From the NCBI RefSeq assembly GCF_009914755.1, contig NC_060932.1: a stretch of DNA of 64,000 bases. One strand, given 5' to 3'. Below, piece after piece: positions 45,621 to 59,820 of the stretch (position 1 is the first letter of the stretch; every line of letters begins with the position of its first letter). Under the pieces are notes generated by a model. That model did not search any database, was not told where the DNA came from, and worked only from the letters and a program-made list of their open reading frames with translations. This DNA is from the human T2T-CHM13v2.0 reference genome, Homo sapiens. Both the position numbers and the translations under genes were made by a program.

Positions 45621-47720
45621 GGAAACTGATGTGACAATAATATAATATGAGGCATATATGCTATAAGAAATGTACAAACAAAATGCTACAAAAGCACAGA
45701 GAAGGAAAATATTTTTTTCCAGCCTAAGAAATGAGAACACTTCATGGTTAGATGTAGTTGAGCTGAGTCTTACAGGATGGGGAGGATCTGAAAAGGCAGA
45801 TAACAGAGTGCATTCAGAAAGGCTGAAGCAAACACCCAGAGGCAGGAAAGCACCTGGAGCTGTCTGGTTTGGGAGGGGTGTAGGGTGACTTCAAGGACCC
45901 AATGAAAGATTCAGCTGAAAAAGTAGAATAAGGCCAGATCCCAGCAAGCCTTCAAAAGCCACCCTGTTGCTTCTACCTGGAAACCCATTTTCCCCCTTCC
46001 GTCCATATAGAATTTACCTATCCCTGTGGATGTAATTTCCTGCAGGAAATCTCCCTGACCCTGAGTTAGGGCCCCCCTTATATGTCCATCCTGCATCTGC
46101 ATCCTGCGTCTCTCATGGTGGTCCTCAAAGGCGCCACTCTCTCCAGCCCCCCTCTGTGTATCTAAAGTGGTTGCCAAGATCCTATCTCCCCCTACAGTAG
46201 ATGGTGCCTCCACTTCTTACCGAAAGAGAGCCATGTATGCTTGCATCCTTCATCCTGCATCCTATGCCTCCATCACAACACTACCTACCAACTTGGAAAT
46301 GCTCCTTTTGCTCCTTCTCCTACGAGAACTTGAACTACATGATGTATCTGTAGCCAATGCCTCATGTAATGTCTACCGAATAATAGGGGCTCAGCAAATG
46401 TTTGCTCAATGAATGAATGAATGAATAAAAGCAAAAGCTCTGATAAGAAGCTTGGACTTTACTTGGTAGACACTGGAGAAACATTAAGAAAAAAATTAAG
46501 ATTCAAGAGGCTAGGTTTAAGAAGATTTCTCTGGAATAATTGGATAGAAATAGTTTAGAATGATGACAGGGTTGGTATTGAGAGAACAGTCAATCCTACA
46601 GTAATTCAGGAAGGAGAGGCAAGTGTTTCAGGGAGGGAAAACAGCAATAATTCAGATAAGAGACGATGAGTGATTCAACAAGGTTACTAATGCAAAGAAG
46701 GGACAAAGGAGAAGGAAACATCTGTAAATCAACTTCAAGCCTACATGAAAGGAAAATGCTGCATAAATAAAACCAGAAAATATACCGGGTGTGGCAGCTC
46801 AAACCTGAAATCCCAGTGCTTTGGGAGGCCAATGCAAGGGAATCACTTGAGGTCAGGAGCTTGAGACCAGCCTGGGCACCAAAGGCAGACCCCTGCCTCT
46901 ATGAAAAAAACAAATTAATTAGCTGGACGTGGTGGTGCAGGCCTGTGGTCTCAGCAACTTGGGGGGCTGGGGCAGCAGGAATGCTTGAGTCCAAGAGTTG
47001 GAGTGAGCTATGACTGTGCCACTGCACTCCAGCCTCAACAACAGAGTGAGACTCTATCTCTAAAAACAAAATATTAAAAAATATTAATGAGCCAGAATAT
47101 ACTGGAAGAGATTCCGTGTTATGTAAGATGATGGGCTTATTTTCAATAAATTGACCATAAAGGTGTAGAGGAACATCTACATGATGATAGATAATAGGAG
47201 TTTTGGAGAGAGGTCAGAGATCACAAATGTAGATTTTAGGGCTGTGTCCATGGAGGTGACAGCTAATTAAATAAGATAACCAAGGAAGAAATAACGGTGA
47301 GAGAGAAATGTGGGACAAAATTGCTTCAAACTTGCCACAAAATTGACCTTTGTGGATAGGTAAATTTAGGAAAGAGACGGTAGAGGAAAATCCACTGAAA
47401 AAACCTCAAAGAAGCCGTAGGATATATGGAAGTTATCAATGTCAGAGACAGAAAGTGTCTACAAGGAAACGAAGCCAGTTGACAATGACAAGGGAAGTGC
47501 CTGGGTCTGCCAGTAGAACTATAGATGACTCCTTAGAATACAAATTCTACAGAGTGACAGGAACAAAAGCCACATTGTAAGGAACAAAGAATCAATGGGA
47601 CTTCCACAGATGGGGGTCAATGGCCTCTAGAGAAGTTTGCAGGCAACTCAAGAAGGGAGAGAAGATGGTAACCTAAGAGGTAGTAGGTAAGAAGCAAGAT
47701 TTTTATTCTTTTTTTTTATA
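45620..47720. mobile_element. L2 fragments (minus-strand L2 with a plus-strand L2 3' end at about 45970-46430)
   Basis: L2 terminal motif caaatgtttgctcaatgaatgaatgaatgaat at about 46395-46426; gaagcttggacttt in the flanking L2. Confidence 0.6.
46783..47070 (+). mobile_element. Alu (J-like)
   Basis: Diverged dimer. Confidence 0.85.
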
Positions 47721-48160
47721 GAAGAGATATTTGGGCATTAGTGAAGGAGAAGAGACTGATTTCAAAGAAAATATAAAAATAACTGACAGAGCCTTGAAGA
47801 ATAGTGAAATTGAATAACACACAGTTATGGGAATACATACACTTTATCTTGACAACCATGGTTTCAGTTTCTGGAGAGACACCTTGATATATATACATGC
47901 ATTTGGTTCCCAGTGAAACATTTTTGAAAGGATATTACTGTAATTTGCTTTCCTGTCACACCCACACATATATACATGACAACATCCACATCAAATTTCA
48001 TCTAAAGCCAAAAATATACATACTCATGTTTATTCACACAGATCTGGCTCTTATTAGTCAGTTATTTCATCTTTGTTGAATGTCTTTAGAACATATCATT
48101 CTGTCACTGCATTGATTGGCTTTCATTATGCCTTCAAGTGACAAAATATATGCCAATTTA

Positions 48161-48465
<305 letters not shown>

Positions 48466-50319
48466 ATTAAAAAGGCACTGTATTTCTCTTTGTGTATTCA
48501 TATGGATATCTATTTTGTAGCTACGAATGAAATACCAATTCCATTCAGAATAAGAGAAGGAAACAAATAAATTATATCACATAACACTTATCATTATACA
48601 TGTCTTGGGAAGGATAACCATTCATTAGTTTAAGTTAAGTCTTCTGCTTCTATGATAAAGGTTAGTTTAGAAAGCCGGGGCTCAGTCTGCCTCTCCTGTA
48701 ATATTCACACTGGATGTAATGGAAACAAAATCATAGGCATTAAGAGACTCTCTAAGAGTGTAGAATAAACTAACAAATGTGGTTACTCATGACAGGAAGG
48801 GTGAAAAAACTGAATTATTCAGGATAATGGTGAGCCTCCAATATGTTTTCCCAATGTTGTTTCATTTTTGAACTATCTTACTAGATTACCTAATCATAAA
48901 GCAAATTTAAAAATGTAAAATAAAAATAAACACAAATATCCAGTCATATTTTTATTGTCCCACTATGCTTCTATCAAAACACAACATTCTGCCTAAAACA
49001 ATTTATCATCCTTTATAACAGAAGGTTAAGCAGGATCCTAATTAATGAATGTATCAATTGTTTTTCTCTGTCAAGCACAAGATATTGTCTTCCATAATGG
49101 CATACACTCAAGCAATGAATAATAAATATAATTATCATCATCACTACCGTCATACAAATTATTTGTTCGGGCAATAAAAACCCATTCCTTTAAGATGATT
49201 GTAAAAAATGAAATAGTATATGGATGGCTCACTTAAGATAGTTCAATACTGTGTCTCACACAGATAGTGTTTGAAAGGGGCTTGGCATCTTGCAGAGCAT
49301 CCTCAATGCATACCTACTCCAAAGAGATCAGGAAAGAGCCAAAAGTGCATGCTCCTCATGAGAAAGGTGGATCCTGCACAGATAATTGATGCCCCTGAAA
49401 ACTGGAGGAAGTGTCCTTGCCGCTCACAAAGGAAAACAGAGAGCATAGGATGGCAGGGGCTCATAGGAAAATGTTGGATCTTAAGAGCAGAAAAGTGGAA
49501 GAGAAACACGTGATGACATCAATTGTCCCTTGAGGTCTATGGGACTAGAACTGTTATTTGGAAGTTAGATTCCTATGGCAAACAACAATATGCTTCTTCA
49601 TAAATGATTTAGCCAGGAGAAGCGCGGGCAAAATGACCTTTGAAGACCATCTTCATGAAGAGAAGAAATCACGTCTCAAAGTGCAAAAAAAGCAAGGCAA
49701 GGCTGACAGGCATTTCCATTCCCAAAGCTGGCTTTCTTTGACCTTGAAATCTCTGAATATTGATGCAGCCACTTGTTCCCTAGAGGAAAAGGATCTCAAA
49801 GCACTGTATAACCACCTGGCATAGCTTCTTCTTTCTAGACTTCCTTCTGGACTTGTCAGAGAAACTGCCTCAGCCTGTGGCTACTCCAGAGGACATGGGG
49901 TGAGAGGAAGCATGGATCTAAAAAGGAGTAGTTTAGAGCAGCTGCACTTTTCCCAAAGGCAAGATGGCACCGCAGTCTCTCCATCTGACACACATAGGAA
50001 GTTGGAATCAGAGCAAATCAGAAACAATGCTTACTGTTCATAATAGGTGCTTGTGAAATAGGAAGCTAAAGTGGTTTAATTCCCCTTAGAAAGGTCTAAA
50101 ATCCAGGATCCAGAACTTAATTTGCTTATTCAACTTTGCAATACTATATATTATCCCTGGCCCTGACTACTAAAACTATTTTGTAAAAGCCTGAAAGACA
50201 CTTTTAAGTAGTGAAGAATTAAAAGCATGGTTAAGAAAACAATGTTTTATCAGCACCTTCTGAAAGTTTAGTGAACATGAAGCAGCCACTTACGTTTTTG
50301 CTTGAGATGTATTTCAAGT

Positions 50320-50900
50320 TTCATTCATTCAATTATTTACTCAGTCATTAATTTAACAGGCATTTGAATGTCTACTATAAGCCAAGCTCTATGCTAGATG
50401 CTGGACATATCACTGTGAATGAAACAGACTTGATCCTTGTCTCTCAAGAAACTGATGGTCTAACGGGGAGACAGGCATTTAGTTAATTATGATATTGGAT
50501 AATATACCAAGAATTAAGAGTACAGGGTGTCCTCACAGAGTGTAACAGAGATGCCAAACCTCCTTTGGAAATCAGGAAAGATTTTCCCAAGGAAAATTGA
50601 TTTAAATGGAGACTTGAAAGATGAATAGGAGTTATTCAGGCAAGAGAACAGGGATAGGAAGGGGAGAGAGAGCATTCTACACAGTCAGAACAGCATATAC
50701 AAAAGGCTTGAGACAGAAAGGAGCTTGTCTGGAGAATAAGAACAAAGAGACGGCCAACATTTCTGGAGCCAAATGTAGTCTGGGACAGAGACACAAGAGA
50801 ATGGTGATACTCAGGGCATGGGCACAGCCCTGCAAGAGCTTGTGTTCCATTTAGACTGTATCCAAAGATCAACGGAAGCTACTAAATAGTCTTACAAATG
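50320..50900 (-). mobile_element. L2 3' portion
   Basis: tcattcattcaa...atttgaatgtctactataagccaagctctatgctagatgctgg...cttgaaagatgaataggagtt. Confidence 0.7.
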
Positions 50901-53900
50901 TCCAACAGCAAGTGATCTTTCCCCAAACCCATGGTCTTGAAAACCCAGGAGGAACAGAGGATGATAAGGAAGGAGAGTAGAGAGAGCTGCAACAAATCAA
51001 CTTTGGATTGTATTCTTTCTTCTGGGCAATCTATACCTTACATACAAGTCACTCCATGACAGCTTATTAGTCTGAAGACCCCCTGAGAATAAACATACTA
51101 CTGCCCTAAATGGATCTTTTCACTCTATGTCTGACTTCTCTTGCTGGCAAGGTGGCCCCTGCACACTTAAATCCAAGCTTGATTTTCTTTAGAAGCTGAT
51201 GGCCTGGTTAACTGTCTCCACTTGAAAAACAGCACTGTCTGGCCTGGCAAAGGCTATACTAGTTGCCATGAATGGAAAGTGAAGTGAAAGAGGTTAAAAA
51301 CACATGTTATGTTTCTTCTAAAACTTAGAATCTTTCAACTTATGCACAAAGGAGGAACACACCATAGGGAATGGTATTTTTATTTTTATTTTTTTTGAAG
51401 GTGAGGCAGCACTGAATTGGGGCAAAATTGACTTATGTGTTTCTTTTCATGTTACTGGGTTTCGAGAAAGTACTGGAAGGAACTTGTAGATGAGCAAATG
51501 AATGTGGTAACTTCTTTTAACAGTATGTGTTTGGTGAGAATATGACTAATCAACAGATTAAATTTCTTGAAACGAAGATGGCATTTTTCTCTCTCTCCCA
51601 CTAACCCCCGCCATCCCATGCAGCCCACTCTCACTCTCTCTATATATGTGTATGTGTTGTGTTGGCAATAGTGTGGAAAACATAATGCATCCATTAAGTT
51701 GGACAGCTTAAGCATTATTCCCAAACATGAAATCTTCTTTTCGGCCAACTAGCCTATTCCAGATTCTCCACATCCCCTTACCATGAACGTCCTGCCTTTC
51801 ACCTGAATGTTCTCCAGCCAACCAGATTCTACCCAGTATGTGAGGCATAACTGAAGGCACATCTTCTCCCTCAGGCTTCAGCCCAAGGCCAGATTCTTGC
51901 TTTTCCTAAGCTCAAAAAGATGTTAGTTTTCCACCACTCATTTGGCCTGAGCATCACTGCTTTGCATTGTTTCAAAGCACTTGCTTATTATGTTGTTCGC
52001 TCAGACACTAAAGCTTAGAGAGAGACAGAAGTCTGACACGTCTTGGGAATCTCCTTCATAATAAATTATAGGTGTTCAAGAAATACCAGTGATTTAATTA
52101 AAATGTAAATGAAGTTGCTTCGGACCCATTCAGCTCATAGAATAAAACTAGACTACAAGCTGAGATATTTCCCTACAGGTTAAAAAGAAAAAACTACTTT
52201 CTCTTAAATAAAAATATGACAATGAAAAGCAAATGGCTTCAAAGGATTTTTGTGACTACTAAACAAGTTACAGGCTGCGGTATGTGACAATTATTCCCTT
52301 TTCCATACCATCCAGTTATAATTGGTAAACAATAAGCTTCACATGATTAAAGCATACAATTTTTAAGTAGATAGATAACTATAGATATTTATGTTGAAAC
52401 ACAAATACTTATTTTTGAGTATAATTTGCTCTTTTTTTCTAGCTTCTGAAGGCAGAAAATAAAGGTCATTGATTAGCAACTTTTTTTCTTCAAAAATAGC
52501 ATTTAATCTATAAATCTCCTAAGTATTGCCTATATATCTGAGAAATCATCTCCATAGTCAATATAACAAACACATGCATTATTCCCAAATGACTAACAAT
52601 GTTGATCACCTTCTTATGAACTTAACTGCCATCTGTATTTCTTCTTTGAAGGATTGTCTGTTAAATCATTTGCCCATTTTCTTTTAAATTGTTTTTTATT
52701 TTCTCATTATTGAGTTGTCCGAGTTTTAAAATATACTCTGGATACCAAGTTTTTACCAGATACAGAATTTCTATATTCCACTTGAGTTAATTTTTGTACA
52801 TTACATGAAATCTGGGTCAAAATAAATTTTTGCATATGGATATTGAATTGTTACTTCACCTTTTGTTAAAAACTAGACATTTTATACTGAATTGTTTTTG
52901 TACTTTTGTTAAAAATTAATTAATCATATGTGTACTATCTTTCTTAAATTTACTTTTTGTTCCACTGACCTATTTGTCTGTCTTGATGCTAATGTTACAT
53001 TACCTTGATTATTGTAGTCAGGCAGTATAAGGCTCCCAATTTTATTCCTGTCTTTCAAATTTGTTTTGGCCATTTTCACCCTTTGCATTTCCATACACAT
53101 ATTAAAATAAGCCTGTCAATTTCTTTTTTAAAAAAGTCCTGCTTGGATTTTTATTAGAATTAATTTGAATCTATAAATTATTGTGGAGATAACTGACATC
53201 TATACAATAATATAATCTTCTGATCTATGCACATGCTATATATATTCATTTATTTGGGTCTTCTTTAATTTCTGTCATCATTTTATAGTTTTAAGTATAC
53301 AGGTCTTGCACATTTGTTGTGAGATGTATGCCAAGTACTTCATATTTATGATGCTATTATAAATGATCCTATTTTAAAATTCAATTTCTCTTGGTTCATT
53401 GCAAGCATATGAAAATACAATTAATTTTTGTATATTGCTCTCAAACCCTGCAATCATGCTAAATCTTATTAGTTTTAGTTTTTTGTAGAGTCCATAGATT
53501 TTTTTGTAGATTTTACATAGAAGATCACATCAAATACATATATAGACAATATTGCTTCTTTCTTTCCAATTGGAATGTCTTTTATTCTCTTATCTTGTTC
53601 TATCACAGAGCAAGAATTTCCACTGAAATGTTAAATAGAAATGGTGAGACTGAATCTACTTTTCATGCATATTCCTGGCTTTAGGAAGAAAGTATTTGTT
53701 AAAATCATCAAATATCTAGTGTCCCCATTTTCCCAATTGTCTTAGGAATATTCACATTTTTACAATTTGTTGAGTTGAACTGGAACCCAAATAAGGTTCA
53801 TACATTCTGATTGGCTGATACATCTCTTAAGTCTCTTCTGATATGTAGGTTTGTCCTCTCTTTTTTCTTGTACTTTTTTGTAATGATAGCATTTAATATT

Positions 53901-54449
53901 TTCCTCTGATTCTTATATTTCATCTAAATGTGCAGGTGTATCTAAAGGCTTGAACAGATTAAAGCTAGATGTTTTTGGAAACACTACTTCATTGGCACTG
54001 TGCATATTCTCACCAGAGAGTCGTGAGGTCTGTCCCTGACATTATCAGCTATTGACGATCATTATATAGACCCATTAATTCATTGGCAGTTACAAAATGC
54101 TGATATTCATATTCTAACACTTTTCATCACTTATTAGCTGGAATATACCTATAAAGAGAAAATTTACCAACTATTTAGTTACTCTGGGGTATAGGAAAGC
54201 AAGCAAATAATTAATTCTTATCCTAAATTAGCAAATTTTCAAAATAATAAGTTGATTCCTTAGTACACTTCAAAGGTGACCAGTGAGTTTTTAACCTATA
54301 CTTTTTAGAATAAATATAAATGCACAGACTAAAACCTATTTGTAGTGTTTCAATTAATTGTAGTTATTATCCTTATCAGTATCCAAAATATATTATCTTT
54401 GGCCAATGAGAGCCTCCTATGACTCCTGGGTCTTTATTAGCTGATCCTG

Positions 54450-54828
54450 GTGTTAGTCAGCTGGGGCTCCAACAATAAGATATCACAGATGAGGTGGCTT
54501 AAACAGAAATGTATTTCCCCATAATTCTGGAGGCTGGAAGTCCAAGATCAAGGTGTTAACAGTGTTGGTTTTTGTGAGGTCTCTCTTCTTGGCTTGCAAA
54601 GGGCTGTCCTCATTTAGCCTTTCCTCTGTGTATGCATGGAGAGAGAAAGTGATCTCTGGTGTCTTTTCCTCTACTTACAAGGACACCTGTCCCATCAGGT
54701 TAAGGCCTACCCTTATTACCTCATTTAACCTAAATTGTCTCCTAAAAGGCCTTATCTCCAAAGACAGTTACCTTGGGGGTTAGGTCTTTAACATGGAATT
54801 TTAGGGGGACACAGTTCACTTCACAAAA
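54450..54828 (-). mobile_element. MLT1A0-like MaLR LTR
   Basis: ttctggaggctggaagtccaagatcaaggtg...ccttattacctcatttaacctaaattg...ttttagggggacaca. Confidence 0.8.
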
Positions 54829-54952
54829 ACCCTAGTAGTCTTAGATAGCATCCTTGCTTTCATTTCATGACAAGATACTCTTGGCTCATCTTGTACATTT
54901 CCTAACCCAAACCTGGAATCAGTCATTTTGATAAATGCTGTCGTGTTGTTTT

Positions 54953-54954
<2 letters not shown>

Positions 54955-54992
<38 letters not shown>
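54955..54992. repeat. (TG)n microsatellite followed by TA-rich tract
   Basis: Perfect run. Confidence 0.95.
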
Positions 54993-54994
<2 letters not shown>

Positions 54995-56549
54995 TCTGTA
55001 ATGTATACCTGTATTACATGGGTATACAGTTTTGTGTATACATATATTATACATATGCATACATATACGTATCACATGCACATATATTATATGTATATAT
55101 AGTTTTATGATCTTTGATAAAGGTATGCATCCATATAGCTAACACCCCAATCAGAACAGAACATTTTCACATTCCAGGAATTTCTCTTCTGCTTCATTCT
55201 AGTCAAACCTGTATCCTTTCTCACCAAGAGTTAACCACTATTTTGATTTCTACCACTATAAATGGACTTTGACTGTTTTTGCTCTCCATATGATTGGAAA
55301 CACATTATGCACCCTTTTATGTTTGTGTTGGCTTCTTTTGCTCAACATGATTTTGAGAACCATCCATTTTGTTGCATGTATCACTAATTCATGTTATTAC
55401 TGATTATCTATATACAAATTTGAATGATGCACTAATTTGAAAGATAAACTGTGTTAATCTCTTTATTGTAAAATAATTACAAATCAGGAAACTGCACAAA
55501 CATATATACACCTTATCCTTTTAATCCCCAATAGAGCTCTGTCAGTTACCCCAGAGCTTCCTCCTTGTTCCATGTACCAATCATAACCACCTTCCTCCCT
55601 CCAAACTATAATTATTCTCCTGATTTTATAGTTATCATTCCTTACATTTCTTAATGGCTTTATCATCCAACTGTACAGATGGAAACATCATAGCTTAATT
55701 TTCCCCATTTTTCTTCCATGTCTTCTAGTTGTTTTTCTTCTATAGGTTTTTCCTTCATTCTTTTTTTTTCCTTAGAGTTTAGCAGTTGGAAAAGCTGGCC
55801 CATTTTCTCCATGAAGGCTCTCTTGGTCAGGAATTTGGTCCTGGTACTCTTCAGTACGTCTTTGGTATTTCCTATACATTGACAGCTGGAGACAGAGGCT
55901 TGACGAGACTCAGGCTTGAGCCTTGGGCAAGACCGTAAGTTTTGATGTGTCTTTCCATCAGGAGGCAAGCAGTGTCCGTCAGTGTTCTTCTCTTGAGATA
56001 TTAACCCTTGACGATCATCATCCAGACGTAGTAATTTCTTGGGAGTGTAAAATGGTGATGCTCTAAACATTTCATTCTCACGAGATGCTTCCCTCATCTA
56101 CTCTTCGGTGACTCATTACTACAGTTCATATAGGAGAGGCAAGAATTATGTTTGATTCTTTCCCTTTATTTATCAGTTTTCAAGATAATAAATTGACTCT
56201 GCCATTCTTCTAATGTGACTAATTATCTTTTTAAATGTAGCACTTGAGTTTAAATATATTTTATGTGTTCCAAGCTGTATCTTTACTAAAACTGAAACTG
56301 TTTCATCTCTGGCCAGGAAGGAGCTCTGCAAGTTGGCCCCTGTCCTTTTGATGTGACCCTGTTACTCTTTGAAGCTTCTTTGCTCTCTAGTATATTCAGA
56401 TGTCCCATGTGCATATTGCACAGTTCATGTCCCTGACCTGGAATCATCCATTTCTCCAAGAAGCCATGATTTCTTTTAGAGGGAAATGCTGTTTCAAGAC
56501 AATAATCTGCGTGCCAGCGATGCTCATTACTGGCTTGTCAATGTTTCCA

Positions 56550-57030
56550 GATTTGTTTCATTGATTACCACATACCAAACTATCTCAAAATTTAGTGAGT
56601 AATTTTTTTGTGATTTGTCCATTTGGGCCAAATTTTATATAGACTGTGAATGGCTGTTCCACATGTTGTCACCTGGGGCAGCTCCACTAGGGCTGAAAGG
56701 TCACCCACATGGCTGGCACATTGGTGATGTCATTAGGAAGCTCAGCTGATGCTGGTCCCTGAGGGTTTCGATCTCTTACTGCATGGCTGTCCACATGCCT
56801 AAGCAGGGCTTCCCACAAAATGGCTCTGGGATTGATTCTAACAGAGAGTATCCTAAGAGCCAACATTACAGGGAGACAAGCCTCAGTATGAAAGTCATTA
56901 TGAAGCCTCTGCTTGCATCTCAATTCCTCATGTCTCTTTGTCTGTCCAAATTGTCCTGTCCAGAGTCAGTGTGGGTAGGAACTACATAAAGGCAGGAAGG
57001 TGTGGTTTATTGGAGACTGTCAAAGTAACA
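56550..57030 (-). mobile_element. MLT1 (MaLR) LTR
   Basis: cacatggctggcacattggtgatg...gagccaacatt...aagcctctgcttgcatc. Confidence 0.6.
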
Positions 57031-58045
57031 GAGTCAAGGCATCTTTGGGGTGTCGCTCTTATGGCCAGAAACGTCTGTGGCCAGTGATGCCTTTGCTTGA
57101 GTTCTTGTTCTGAGCCCAGGAAGAATGAGCTACACAGACAGGTGGAGGGTGAGCAAGATGGAGCTTCATTGAGTGTTAGAACAGCTCAGAGGAGACCCAC
57201 AGTGGGTAGCTCCTCTCTGTAGCCAGGTTGTCCCATCAGTGTTCAGCACTCAGCAGAGAGGAGGCCCTGAAGTGGGTGGCTCCTCTTTGACAACACTCAT
57301 CCTGATGACTGTTCAGCTCTCAGCAGAGAGGAAGCCCTAGAGAGGGTAGCTCTCTCTGCAGCTTGTCCTCCCAAGGTCTGCTCAGCTCTGGCTGAACCAA
57401 GGGCTTTTATGGGCCTCAGGGGGGAGGAAATGTGTGCCAACTGGTCCATGGGAGGCCATGGATGGGCCCAGAAAAGGCACTACAGGTTCCCACTCCAATG
57501 GGTGGGACTGGCAGCCAAGCCCCTGGCCTTCAGGCCCTCCCTGGCTTGAAGGTGGGGCCTCACTGGGGACCGACCCCCTTCAACACAGTAATCTGTCTGC
57601 CTTCTGCTGCTGTTCATGGCACCTGGGCTCAGCCTCAGTTTTGCTCCCAAATCAGAGTGGGTGCCAACAGCAGGGAGACTCCAGGCAGTGGGAGCAGGTT
57701 ATTTCTGAGCCTGCGAGGGCATATGGGGGCCTTCCTGGTCCCCCAAGAGCACAGGAATGCCTGAGTCTGCAGCTGTGATTTGGGTGGCTGCAGCCATGCC
57801 CAGGGCCAAGTGGCGGGGGTAGCAGCATTCCCACCTGCTCTGTGGAGCGGAAACCCTGAGTCTTCAGCTGCAGTTTTGATGGCTGCAGCTGCACCCAGGG
57901 ACCTGCCACCCAATTCAGGAGGGGTGGGGCTCCCGCTTGTCACCGGCTCCCACTGACTCCATGCAGTGTGCAGCCCTGGCCATGCCTCCCTGCTGCAGCC
58001 AGCATGATGGCAGTGGCAGGCTGTCTGGAACAGCTGCTGCCATCA
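57031..58045 (-). mobile_element. MER52-family ERV1 LTR (GC-rich)
   Basis: Reverse complement begins TGATGGCAGCAGC; internal ctcagcagagagg repeats; atctttggggtgtcgct end. Confidence 0.8.
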
Positions 58046-58094
58046 GCAGTATACCATAAGGCCTTTTCAGTGAACAGAGCATGTGTTCCCTTTA

Positions 58095-58243
58095 GTTTAT
58101 TTATTCACTTTTACTTTTTTTTTTATAGAGACAAGGTTTTACCATGTTGCCCAGGCTGGTCTCAAACTCCTGGCCTCAAACAATCCTTTTGCCTTGGCCT
58201 CCCAAAGTGTTGGGATTACAAGTGTGAGCCACAACACCCAGCC
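58095..58243 (-). mobile_element. Alu left monomer / FLAM
   Basis: Single arm with T-rich tail. Confidence 0.8.
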
Positions 58244-58639
58244 TAGGTTATTTATTTTTCATAATTTTTTTTTGTGTTTCTAATTCTTCCTTGAATTCTG
58301 TTACATTATTTCTGAGTATTCTAATCCCATTTATATTTCTCTTTCCTGTGTTTTATCATATTCTTAAAATTTTTTAATTATTAATTTTAAAAACTTTAGT
58401 TTCTATCTGTTTTATGGGCACTTTCTGGTATGCTTTTGCTGTTTGTAGGACTGTTACTCAGTTTCTTATTCTCTTTTATTCTCAGAGCAACTTTGTGAGA
58501 AATTTAACCTCGATGGTTTTCTTTTGGTCATTTTTATGTGAGGTTACATTTTACGTTTTACATGAAATTAATGTTCCTCTTTTTGAGGGAAAAAAACATT
58601 TAAAAGAAGCTAAGTTCACAGAACTTCTTTTTCTGTTGT

Positions 58640-59820
58640 TTGCATAGTTTAAAAGCATTAAAGACAACATCAAATACTGCCAAGGATGTGGAGAAACTAC
58701 ATCACTGACACATTGCTGGTGGGAGTGTCAAATGGTACAGCCACTCTGGAAAACATTTGTCAGTTTCTTATAAGACTAAACATACAACTACAATACAACC
58801 AAGCAATTTCACTCCAGGGCATGTAGTCCAGAGATATAAAGACAGGTTCACACAAAAACTAGAACAGGAATGTTTACAGTAGCTTTATTTGTAATAGCCA
58901 AAAACTGGAAACAGCCTAGCTATCTCTCAATAGATAAGTGGTTAAACAAACCATGGCACATCCATATGATGAAATATGACTTAGCTACAAAAAAGGAACA
59001 TACAACTGAACAGGTTGTGGTGGTTCACACCTGTAACGCCTGAACTTTAAGAGGCCAAGGTGGGAGGACCACTTGAGGCCAGAAGTTCAAGACAGCCTTC
59101 AAAATATATTGAGACCTCATATCTACAAAAAAATTTAAAAATTAATTGAGAGCGGTAGCATACTTGTAGTCCTAGCTACTCAGGAGGCTGAGGCGGAGGA
59201 TGGCTTGAGCCTTGGAGTTGGCGGCTACAGTGAGCTATGATCACCCCACTGCTCTTCAGCTTGGGTGACAGAGTGAGAGCCTATCTCAAAAAGGAAAAAA
59301 AGGAAATAAAGTAATGGGCTATTATTGATGCACACAACCTGGATGAATCTTGGGCATTTAGGCTGAGTGAAAAAAAAAATCCAATCATGAAAGTTTACTT
59401 ATTATATGATTTTATTTCAATTATATGCCATTTTTGAAAGGCTACCATCATAGAGATGGAGACAAGAATAGTGTAGATAGATAAGGTTATAAAAAGGCAA
59501 CAAGAAAGATCCTTGTAGTAAGAATTGTTCAGTGTCACTGGCTGTGGTAGTGAGTACACAAATATACACAGGTAATACACCTGTACCAAGTAAGTATGCA
59601 CACACATAAATGAATACATGTAGAACTGGAAAACAATCTAAATAAGATTGGTGGATTGTATCAATGTTAACATCTTGGCTCTGCTGGTTCTGATATTATA
59701 TTACAGGTTTGCAAAATGTTACCATCAGGGGAAACTGGGCAAATTACATACAAGATTCCTCTGTATTATTCCTTATAATTGCATGTGCATTTACAATGAT
59801 CTCAATAAAAATTTCAGTTC
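58640..59820 (+). mobile_element. L1MC-like 3' end containing an AluJ (about 59010-59300)
   Basis: caaggatgtggagaaac...ggtggattgtatcaatgttaacatcttgg...caatgatctcaataaaaatt. Confidence 0.8.

Larger units (their letters stand above)
52560..56540 (-). mobile_element. Degraded L1M fragments (L1MC/L1ME-like) with MaLR and (TG)n insertions
   Basis: gactaacaatgttgatcaccttc...tttgagttaatttttgtac...ttgaatctataaattattgtggagataactgacatc. Confidence 0.7.

Noticed and set aside
55002-55028. Small hairpin TGTATACC...GGTATACA
   Set aside because: An 8-bp stem in a TA-rich tract is expected by chance
57432-58246. Overlapping GC-rich ORFs resembling a CpG-island gene
   Set aside because: Inside a MER52-family LTR and CpG-depleted
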